Position numbers and translations under genes: made by a program. Positions 28,110-36,176 of a DNA stretch of 64,000 bases are shown here, piece after piece. How positions within the stretch are numbered: the stretch's first letter is position 1; each line of letters begins with the position of its first letter. Source of the stretch: Candidatus Saccharicenans subterraneus (GTDB lineage Bacteria > Acidobacteriota > Aminicenantia > Aminicenantales > Saccharicenantaceae); assembly GCA_003426165.1 (NCBI GenBank), contig QUAH01000007.1, forward strand, positions 43,276-107,275. The letters run 5' to 3'. The notes under the pieces were generated by a model. The model ran no database searches and was not told where the DNA came from. It saw nothing but the letters and a program-made list of their open reading frames with translations.

Positions 28110-28418
28110 ATGAACATCTACGTAGGAAACCTTTCCAGGGACCTCACCGAAAGCGAACTGAAGGAAACTTTTGAAGCTTTCGGAACGGTCAACAGCGCTT
28201 CCATCATCAAGGATCGCTACACCGGTGAATCACGGGGCTTCGGCTTCGTGGAAATGCCCAACCAGGAAGAAGCCCAGGCTGCCATCAACAGCCTGAACGG
28301 CAAGAGCCTGAAGGGCCGCACCGCCACCGTCAACGAAGCCAGGCCGCGGACTGACAAGCCCCGCACCGGTTTCGGCGGTGGACGTGGACGCGGACCGGCC
28401 GGTGGACGCCGCTATTAA
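28110..28418 (+). CDS. RRM (RNP-1) RNA-binding protein with RGG-type tail
   Basis: RNP2 IYVGNLS, RNP1 RGFGFVEM, Gly/Arg tail. An extended -10 (TGCTATAAT) lies at 28008-28016. Confidence 0.95.
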   Translation: MNIYVGNLSRDLTESELKETFEAFGTVNSASIIKDRYTGESRGFGFVEMPNQEEAQAAINSLNGKSLKGRTATVNEARPRTDKPRTGFGGGRGRGPAGGRRY

Positions 28419-28457
28419 TCGAGTCTAAAAGATAAGTTAGTAGCTTAGCGCAACCGT

Positions 28458-28536
28458 AAGCCAGGCAGCGAACTGGAAGCCGGCGCCGGGTGTCAGGCAC
28501 CTGGAGCCGGTGAGAGCACGTTGCCTGGCTTTTTTA
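28458..28536 (+). terminator. Intrinsic terminator between the convergent RRM and ridA genes
   Basis: AAGCCAGGCAGCG ... CGTTGCCTGGCTT followed by a T-tract; unusually long loop. Confidence 0.55.
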
Positions 28537-28547
28537 TTTTGTGCGTT

Positions 28548-29042
28548 CTAATCGACCAGGGCTATGACCTCAATCTCCACCCTGGCCCCGCCGGCCAGGC
28601 CGCTCACTCCGAAGGCGCTGCGGGCCGGCTTGTTCTTGGTGAAATAGGTGGTGTAAACCGAGTTCATCCTGGCCCATTCCCCGATATCGGCCAGCATGAC
28701 CGTGGCCTTGACCACCCTGTCCAGCGAGGAGCCATATTTTTCCAGGGTTCTCTTGATGTTGTCCAGGCATTGCCTGGTTTCAGCCTCGATACCGCCCTCG
28801 GCCAGTTTCCCGGTCTGCGGGTCGCGGCCGAGCTGTCCCGAAAGAAACAGCAGGTTGCCCACCCTGACCGCCTCGGAGAACGGGGCGTTGCTGCGCTCGG
28901 GCGAGCTCAGGTATTCAACCAGGGGCTTCTGCTGGGCGGAAGCCTCCAGTTTCTTAACGGTGGACTTCAGCCAGCCGGCCGTGAACAGGAAAAAGCCGGC
29001 CACCACCAGGACCAGGATGACAGCCAGACGGGTTGATTTCAT
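28548..29042 (-). CDS. RidA/YjgF family enamine deaminase with N-terminal signal/TM segment
   Basis: PFSEAVRVGNLLFLSGQLG, NSVYTTYF, PARSA (catalytic Arg), RVEIEVIA. Confidence 0.9.
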   Translation of the reverse strand: MKSTRLAVILVLVVAGFFLFTAGWLKSTVKKLEASAQQKPLVEYLSSPERSNAPFSEAVRVGNLLFLSGQLGRDPQTGKLAEGGIEAETRQCLDNIKRTLEKYGSSLDRVVKATVMLADIGEWARMNSVYTTYFTKNKPARSAFGVSGLAGGARVEIEVIALVD

Positions 29043-29768
29043 GGTTGACTCCTTTCTTCGCCGGCTCTATCTTTACCCAAAAACCGGGGCTGAAGTCAAC
29101 CGTCGGAGGGCCTCGGGTTCTTTATCAGCTTCATTTTTGGAATGTATTACTCCGGCACAGGCATCGGCGGTCTGGTGATTGAAGGAGCGGGGGATACCTT
29201 CCCGCCATCTCTTAAACATTCCGCCTCGGTCGTTCAGCGCGGCATCGTCAGACGCAAGAAGGCAACCGCCGAGGGCAGGCAACGGGTTGTAGAGGTAAAA
29301 AAAAGCCCTTTATGTCGAAGAAGATTGCCGCGCTGGCCACCCACCGGACGCTGCGCCAGGTTCCCTTCATGTTTAAGTCAACTTCCTGTCGGCAAGGCCT
29401 GCTCCCGTGGGGGCCATAAGATTGTTTCCCCGCTGATAGCCAGAGAAGTCTTGAGAAATTAGCCTGGCTCTCCGGTCCGAGTTTGGCCTGGCCTGAAACG
29501 TGCCTGGTGGATATAATCATAACCGGGGATAGGATCCGTCCGGGGAGAAGGCGAGGAGGTGGCCAGCCTGGAAAAAGCTTCAAGCAGGGAAAGCAGAAAT
29601 AGCAAAGACAGGCAGGTGGCCAGGAAATAGCGAGGAGATGGGTCAGGTGAAATTTTCTGGTTGTGGCCGGAGGGCTTTTATGTTATCATAAATCCTACTA
29701 ATTTAGTAGGAATTAAATTTAACCCCGCGTCCGGATAACCGGGACCGGGCCGGCCGGGAGACTGGAGG

Positions 29769-31340
29769 ATGATCATGGAACTCAACGAAAAGACCAGCCT
29801 TTATTCGCTTCTCAAGGAATATCCCTTTCTGCTTGACTTCCTGGTCGGGCTATCGCCCGAGTTTGAGAAGTTAAAAAACCCTCTCCTGCGAAAGACCGTG
29901 GCCAGGCTGGCCACCCTCAAGCAGGTGTCCGAAGAGGGAAAAATTCCCCTCTCTGAGTTGATAGCCAGGATAGAGCGAGAAATCAGGGAGAAAAGCGGCC
30001 GGTCTCGAACTGAAACCGGCAGCGCTGCGGCTGGCCAGCCTTTCGACCAGGCCAGAGCTGAAACCCTGAAGCAGATAATCAGAAGGCTTCACCGGGGAGA
30101 GCCGGTTGAGGAACTCAAGAGACAATTCGCGGACCTGATCAAGGATGTTGGAGCGGATGAAATCGCCCGGCTGGAACAGCAGGTTATCGACGAGGGCATC
30201 CCGGAAGAGGAGGTCAAGAAACTGTGCGACCTGCACGTTAAAATTTTCGAGGAGGCGCTGGAGGAGCAGAAATCGCCGGAAGCGCCGCCAGGGCACCCGG
30301 TTCACACCCTGATGGCCGAAAACCGGGCCCTGGAAAAACTGCTGGCCGAAATCAAGTTGTTGCTGGAGCGAATCCCCCGCGAAACGGCCGAAGCCGAGGT
30401 GGAGAGCAACCTGGAAGAACTTCGACAGTTGCTGTCCGGGCTGGCCGAAATAGAAAAGCATTACCTGAAAAAAGAAAACCAGCTTTTCCCGCTGCTTGAA
30501 GCCCGCGGGGTAACGGGACCGACCAAGGTCATGTGGGCCATCCATGATGACATAAGAAAGGAACTCAAGGACCTCAGGCGCCAGCTCGAGCAGAAGATTC
30601 AGTCCGCGGAGCAGGCCAGCCGGCTGGCGATAAGGACCGGCCAGGTGCTGCAGATGCTCCAGGACATGGTCTACAAGGAAGAAAAGATTTTATTCCCGAT
30701 GAGCCTGGAAGTGCTGCGGGAGGAAGACTGGGCCCGGGTCAAACGCGGTGAGGAGGAAATCGGCTATGCCTGGGTGCAGCCCGGAACCGGCTGGAAGCCC
30801 GCGGTTGAAGCCGTGGGGGATCTTTCAGGCGGCGGTGGTTATGCCGGCTATGGCCGTCCGGCCGGGGAAGGGGAGAACACTCAGCAGCCAGCAGCGGCTG
30901 GAGCTTCGGTCCCACAACCGAGGCGGGTGCAGACGCTTCTCGACCTGAGGACCGGTCGGCTTAGCGCCGAGCAGGTTGACCTGATGCTGACCCATCTCCC
31001 GGTGGACATCAGTTTTGTCGATGAGAACGATACTGTAATCTATTATTCGGATACTCCTGATCGCATCTTTCCCAGGAGCCCGGGGGTCATAGGCCGTAAG
31101 GTCCAGAACTGCCATCCGCCCAAGAGTGTTCACATCGTCAACCGCATCCTGGAGGCCTTCAGGAAAGGCGAAAGGGACGTGGCCGAGTTCTGGATTGAAA
31201 TGCACGGCCGTTTTATCCACATCCGCTATTTTGCCGTCCGCGATGACGACGGCCGCTACCGTGGTTGCCTGGAAGTCAGCCAGGAGGTGACAGCCATCAG
31301 GGCGCTGAAGGGTGAGAAAAGATTGCTGGACTGGGAATAA
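29769..31340 (+). CDS. DUF438 domain protein (DUF1858, DUF438, hemerythrin-like, PAS_10)
   Basis: LKNPLLRKTVA, CDLHVKIF, GHPVHTLMAEN, HYLKKENQLFP, VMWAIHDDIR, HLPVDISFVDEND, VQNCHPPKSVH. Confidence 0.88.
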   Translation: MIMELNEKTSLYSLLKEYPFLLDFLVGLSPEFEKLKNPLLRKTVARLATLKQVSEEGKIPLSELIARIEREIREKSGRSRTETGSAAAGQPFDQARAETLKQIIRRLHRGEPVEELKRQFADLIKDVGADEIARLEQQVIDEGIPEEEVKKLCDLHVKIFEEALEEQKSPEAPPGHPVHTLMAENRALEKLLAEIKLLLERIPRETAEAEVESNLEELRQLLSGLAEIEKHYLKKENQLFPLLEARGVTGPTKVMWAIHDDIRKELKDLRRQLEQKIQSAEQASRLAIRTGQVLQMLQDMVYKEEKILFPMSLEVLREEDWARVKRGEEEIGYAWVQPGTGWKPAVEAVGDLSGGGGYAGYGRPAGEGENTQQPAAAGASVPQPRRVQTLLDLRTGRLSAEQVDLMLTHLPVDISFVDENDTVIYYSDTPDRIFPRSPGVIGRKVQNCHPPKSVHIVNRILEAFRKGERDVAEFWIEMHGRFIHIRYFAVRDDDGRYRGCLEVSQEVTAIRALKGEKRLLDWE

Positions 31341-31522
31341 AAAAGGTCTGGCCGCTTTTCCGGTGGGCTGGTTCAGCCGGCCACTGCCGGTATCTTTCAA
31401 ACCGAAGCGAGTTTAGAATTTTCAGAATCCGGTTAAAGCAGAAAGATTCAACCAGTATCCAATCTTCCAGAGAATTAAAGCGGCTGGTGGCGAATGGCCA
31501 AGATTCTTTTTTTAGTAAAAGG

Positions 31523-32218
31523 TCAGCCAGGAAGAGGCGAGCCTTCAGGTCTTATCGAAAGCAAGAAACGGGAAATGGATATTTTTTCATCCGTTCTGGT
31601 CTTTTCCAGGCTCAGGACGCGGCGGAATTTTTCGGGGTCAAAGGTCTGAAGGTACCTGATGATGTTGGTGTAAGTGTTATGAAAACCAAAACCGCCCCTC
31701 TGCATTTCCCTTATCGCTTCCTCTCTTGACCAGCCCTGCACCACGATTCGATAAACGGCCACGAACAGCCCGGTGCGGTCGGCCCCGTGATGGCAGTGAA
31801 CCAGGTAAGGACCTTCCTCCGGGTTGGTAACGATCTGCAGGAATTTCAACAGGTCGGCTTCCTTGACCTGGGTGGCCTTGGACGGGATTTCGTAATACTT
31901 GAGGTTGGTGCCCGCTATCATCTTCTGGTCCGAGTGCTCGCTACGGAGGTTGACCACGGTCCTGATGCCCAGCTTTTCCAGTTCCTTGAACCCGGCTGCA
32001 GTCGGCTGGGCACAGCGGTAGAGCAGGTCTGAAACTTTATGCAGGTTAGGGGCACCCTCAACCTGAACTGGCGGAGCCCAGTTCTCGGGGCGGGGTACTT
32101 CCTGCCGGCAATCGGTGGTCCCAGAGGCCAGGAAAATAAGCAGCAGGGTGATGGCCAGGGCCAGGGGAAACTTGACCGGGTTCCTGGAAGAGTGCCAATT
32201 CATTCTGTTTTCAGCCAT
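31523..32218 (-). CDS. Exported dual-specificity/tyrosine protein phosphatase family protein
   Basis: P-loop HCHHGADRTG; YRCAQP, VVNLR; N-terminal hydrophobic segment. Confidence 0.88.
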   Translation of the reverse strand: MAENRMNWHSSRNPVKFPLALAITLLLIFLASGTTDCRQEVPRPENWAPPVQVEGAPNLHKVSDLLYRCAQPTAAGFKELEKLGIRTVVNLRSEHSDQKMIAGTNLKYYEIPSKATQVKEADLLKFLQIVTNPEEGPYLVHCHHGADRTGLFVAVYRIVVQGWSREEAIREMQRGGFGFHNTYTNIIRYLQTFDPEKFRRVLSLEKTRTDEKISISRFLLSIRPEGSPLPG

Positions 32219-32649
32219 GTCTGCCTCGTATTCTCATTTTGGCTCTAAAATATACTGCCGTGGTCAGGCTGTCAATCTAATTACGCATCCTGCTAATCAG
32301 GCATCCTCAAGAATCCGGTCGGATCGAAGGCCAGCCTGCCCGAAAATTGGTTTAGCCTTAACGGTCACTTTTTAGCGATTGCTGTAAGTTCTGTTAGGTT
32401 CTCCTGGTGCCCTGACCAACAATGACAGGGCATAGCCGAAACGGGCCACTGCGATGAGCCATCGTTAGAATATGGCTAGAATAATACTGGCTGTGTTGGC
32501 GTAAACTTGTTAAGATTCCCGGTAAGGCTAATGAAACCCGTCGCTTCTGAAGTGGTTGACGCCGCCTACCGGGTTGGCCTAATATTTTTCTACCCGTGAA
32601 ATCTCAGTGAAGTTGAATTCTGCCAGCGGGAAGTGAAAGGAGGAATTAG

Positions 32650-33174
32650 ATGTCAGACAGAGTGGCCAGGGCCAGGAAATTGTTCCAGGAAGGGTTCAGC
32701 TGTTCACAGGCGGTCTTCACGCCGTTCGCGGTTGAGGCTGGCCTGGAAGAAGAAAAAGCCCTCAAGCTCTCCCAGGTTCTGGGCGGGGGAATGTCCCACC
32801 TGGGCTTGACCTGCGGGGCGGTGACCGGAGCACTTCTGGTAATCGGACTTCATTTTGGACGCACCCGGGCTGAAGACAGGGCGGCCAAGGAACTGACCTA
32901 CGAGCTGGCCCAGAAATTCTGCCGACGTTTTACGGAAAAGTTTGGGTCAATTAACTGCACCGACCTTATCGGCTGCAGCCTGAAGACACCGCACGGGCTG
33001 GAAATGGCCAGCAAGAACAATCTCTTTGAAAAATATTGCAGCGGCTACGTGGAGGAGGCCTGCCGCTTGCTGGAAGAAATTCTTAGCGAGGGAAAAAGGA
33101 AGCAAAAAATAAACGGGCCTGACCGGATAGAATCACGGAAAGGTTACAATAAGAACACATCAAGACGGCGATAA
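32650..33174 (+). CDS. C-GCAxxG-C-C family putative redox protein
   Basis: FSCSQAV, GGGMSHLGLTCGAVTGA, GSINCTDL, KYC. Confidence 0.88.
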   Translation: MSDRVARARKLFQEGFSCSQAVFTPFAVEAGLEEEKALKLSQVLGGGMSHLGLTCGAVTGALLVIGLHFGRTRAEDRAAKELTYELAQKFCRRFTEKFGSINCTDLIGCSLKTPHGLEMASKNNLFEKYCSGYVEEACRLLEEILSEGKRKQKINGPDRIESRKGYNKNTSRRR

Positions 33175-33360
33175 AATATGTTCTGTCAATTTCTGGCAGA
33201 AGAAGTTGGCCTGGGGTTTTTGAACAATTCTTTTATTAGCGGATAGCCGTCCCAAAGGCTTTAAAATCAAAGTTTTATTTGAGATATTCAATCGGGTCAT
33301 AGGTTATAAGAAATCTGGTGTAAAGATGTTTGGGCATGTCTACCGGCCGGTCAGACGGAA

Positions 33361-33390
33361 AATCAGGGACACGAGAGCGTATCCCCCTTT
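33361..33390. repeat. Degenerate orphan REP copy
   Basis: AAATCAGGGACACGAGAGCGTATCCCCC aligns with AAATCAGGGGGACACGAGAGGGTGTCCCCC at about 1066-1095; it sits at the stop of the GT2 gene. Confidence 0.65.
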
Positions 33391-34106
33391 TTCTTTTTTC
33401 TTATCTTTAACAGCTCGATCAGCATTCGAAGGGAGCCGCGCACCAGGCGGACCCGGGACTGGGGGTGGTTTACCCAGACCACCGGCACCTGGGCAATTCT
33501 GTAGCCGAGCTTCCGGGCCAGGAGCAACGCTTCCACGTCAAAGGCGAAACCTTCCGTCTCCAGCCGGAAAAAGATTTCCCGGGCCGCTTCCTTCCGGAAA
33601 AGCTTGAAGCCACACTGGGTATCCCTGTATCCCTTAAGCACCAGCAGCCTGACCAGCAGGTTGAAACACTTCCCCAGGTGTTCGCGCAACCAGCCCTGTC
33701 TTTGCTTTATCACCGACTCGGGCAGGGCCCGGCAGCCGATGACCACGTCAAAACCTTCTCTCATCAGGGGCAGGAATTTTTCCAGCTCTTCAATCGGGGT
33801 GGATAGGTCGGCGTCAGTAAAGAGAACCAGCTCGCCCCGGGCCTGAAGCACCCCGGCCCGGACCGCCGCGCCCTTGCCCCGGTTGACCGGAAGCGTTATC
33901 AGCCTGAAGGCAGGATAATCGGCCATGATTTCCCTGGCCACCTCGGCCGTCCGGTCGGTGCTGCCGTCGTCCACCAGGATTATTTCGGCGCTGAGGCTCC
34001 TGCTGTTGAGGTATTCTTTGATGCGGAACAGGCTGAAGCCGATTCTCTGCTCTTCGTTGTAGGCCGGCACCACGACCGAGAGGTAAATGCTGTTGCTAGT
34101 CTTCAT
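33363..34106 (-). CDS. GT2 polyprenyl-phosphate glycosyltransferase (dolichyl-phosphate beta-glucosyltransferase-like)
   Basis: VVVPAYNEE, VDDGSTD, NRGKGAAV, FTDADLSTP, DTQCGFKLF, FAFDVE. Confidence 0.92.
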   Translation of the reverse strand: MKTSNSIYLSVVVPAYNEEQRIGFSLFRIKEYLNSRSLSAEIILVDDGSTDRTAEVAREIMADYPAFRLITLPVNRGKGAAVRAGVLQARGELVLFTDADLSTPIEELEKFLPLMREGFDVVIGCRALPESVIKQRQGWLREHLGKCFNLLVRLLVLKGYRDTQCGFKLFRKEAAREIFFRLETEGFAFDVEALLLARKLGYRIAQVPVVWVNHPQSRVRLVRGSLRMLIELLKIRKKKKGDTLSCP

Positions 34107-34318
34107 TTGGGTAAGAAATGGTCAATCACCCAGAACGTCAGGATGATCAGGATGATGAAAAAGACCATGGTGCTGATGGCAAAGTTCAGGGACAGCCTCC
34201 TGGCTTTTTGCAGGTTGTCGGGAAAATGCCTCCTGTACTCGGTATAGGTAATGAGATAGGCGGATAGCGCTGCCAGTGGAGAAAAAATAAGGGCCAGCAA
34301 TATGGCCAGTTCATTCAT
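34103..34318 (-). CDS. Small two-TM membrane protein
   Basis: 71 aa with two hydrophobic helices, RBS GGAG, 4-nt overlap with the GT2 start. Confidence 0.7.
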   Translation of the reverse strand: MNELAILLALIFSPLAALSAYLITYTEYRRHFPDNLQKARRLSLNFAISTMVFFIILIILTFWVIDHFLPK

Positions 34319-34817
34319 CTGAGGAGACCTCTATCTACCAGGATTATAGCAGAAGAGAGGTCAGAGCCTAAAAGGTTTTATGGGTCAAAACGGCGGCCAG
34401 CGGGTAAACCATAAAGATATATGAGGAAAATCTTTTGGGATTAATTATTATTCCAGGCTGATAGTATCTCATGATCGGAGCCCTGGCTGTCGCCAATGTA
34501 GGGTTATGCCTTCTTTTTCTTAAGGCTCATCTTGTTGGGCTGGAAAGCCGGGCGGGGCTCTGGCCAGAAGTTTATTCTGTTCGGGTACTTCTCTGCCAGC
34601 CGCCGCGAAATCGAACCTGTCTCCTCGAGTCTTACAGGTCGGGCCATCGGCGTGATTTTATTTGACTCGGAAATGGTGGATAATAATTGAAGAGACAGCT
34701 CGAAAAAATCAGTAGTGTGCAAAGTTTTTTTCTCTTGATGTAGGAGAGAAAAACATCTTGTGGATGTATAAGGATATTTATGATTTGATAAGGATAGTGA
34801 ATAACTAACAGAATATT

Positions 34818-34877
34818 TCGCAATTTGATTCAGGAGAAACTGGTGTATAAAACTGTCCGCGATTTGATTCAGGAGAA
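34818..34877. repeat. Two-copy direct repeat (cgcRATTTGATTCAGGAGAA)
   Basis: Identical 16-mer ATTTGATTCAGGAGAA at 34823-34838 and 34862-34877, in an AT-rich intergenic stretch. Confidence 0.8.
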
Positions 34878-35001
34878 CGAGACATCATAATATTTCCTCT
34901 TAAAACGTCATGCTTGATAAGGTCTTGGCCGGAGGGCGCAGAAAGGTTAGCCGGCATTGTTGGATAAAATGCTAATGGGATTTTTATTTAAGGAGGAGGA
35001 G

Positions 35002-35937
35002 ATGGAAATAAGAACAGCCCGGTTTTTCCTGGTACCGTGCTTGTTGCTATCAATCCTGGTGCTCTGGGGTCAATCCTTGGCCCAGGGCAAGGCGGCCGCT
35101 GCTCCCCGCCCGCCCCTCAAGGTCTTCATCTCGGTTGACATGGAGGGCATCTGGGGAGTGGTCCACGGAAATCAGTGTTCTTCTGATTCGCCCGAGTACC
35201 AGCTGGCCCGGAAGTGGATGGTGCAGGATACCAACGCCGTGGTGCAGGGCCTGTTCGAGGCCGGGGCCACAGAGGTGGTGGTCAACGATTCCCATGGCAG
35301 CATGCGCAACATCATCGCCAGCGAGCTCGACCCCAGGGCGGTACTGATCTCGGGCTCGCCCAAGCCCATGTCCATGATGGAAGGCCTCGATTCCAGCTTC
35401 GCCGCCTGCATCCTGGTCGGCTACCATGCCCGGGCCGGTTCGGCCCCGGCCATCCTGGACCACACCATCTCCGGGGCAGCCATCTATTCCATCAGGATAA
35501 ATGGAATCGAAATGCCGGAGCTGGGGATTAACGCCGCCATCGCCGGCTACTTCAACGTTCCGGTGGTCATGCTAACCGGCGATACCGAGACCTGCCGCCA
35601 GGCCCGGGAGCTCCTGGGCCAATCGCTGGTGGTGGTCCCGGTCAAGGAAGCCGTCAACCGCCTGGCCGCCAGGAACTATGCCCGGGATAAGGTGCTGGCT
35701 GATTTAAGAGACGGGGCCCGGAAAGCCCTCAATTCAGTGAAGGGTTTCCAGGCCTATAAGCTCCAGTCACCCTACCAATTTGAAATCAACCTGCACACCA
35801 GCCAGCAGGCCGAGCTGGGTGTCCTGATCCCAGGGGTAAAACGACCGGCTCCGCGGACCCTGACCTTTACCTCTCAGGACTACCTGGAAGGCTTCAAGTT
35901 GATGCGGGCCCTGATTGCCCTGGCCGGCGTGAGCTGA
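35002..35937 (+). CDS. M55 family D-aminopeptidase (DppA-like) with signal peptide
   Basis: ISVDMEG, VNDSHGSMRN, GYHARAG, LDHT, GDTE. Start moved to the ATG at 35002 (RBS GGAGGAGG). Confidence 0.92.
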   Translation: MEIRTARFFLVPCLLLSILVLWGQSLAQGKAAAAPRPPLKVFISVDMEGIWGVVHGNQCSSDSPEYQLARKWMVQDTNAVVQGLFEAGATEVVVNDSHGSMRNIIASELDPRAVLISGSPKPMSMMEGLDSSFAACILVGYHARAGSAPAILDHTISGAAIYSIRINGIEMPELGINAAIAGYFNVPVVMLTGDTETCRQARELLGQSLVVVPVKEAVNRLAARNYARDKVLADLRDGARKALNSVKGFQAYKLQSPYQFEINLHTSQQAELGVLIPGVKRPAPRTLTFTSQDYLEGFKLMRALIALAGVS

Positions 35938-36176
35938 GTCCGGAGGCAGGCTGGCAACAAAAAGCCCTCATCCTGAAAATTGATATCCAGGCCGGGCCGT
36001 GGCAGAGTTGGAAGCGGAGCCGCGAAGCGGTAAAATTTCCGTGGCCGGGCCCGGGCCACGATGGGTTAAGCTGGTCCCGGGCGAAATGAGAGTATCGACC
36101 GGAAGAAGGTCCCTCGACCGGCTACTGCAGAAGGCGGAAAGAATATCCGGTCAAAGAATATTAAGTCAGAGAAGAG

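Noticed and set aside
32400-32460. Cobalamin riboswitch (GGTGCCC…GCCACTG)
   Set aside because: Lacks the GGGAA, CCC-x-x-ACTGT, GGGAAG and AGACC B12-box elements.
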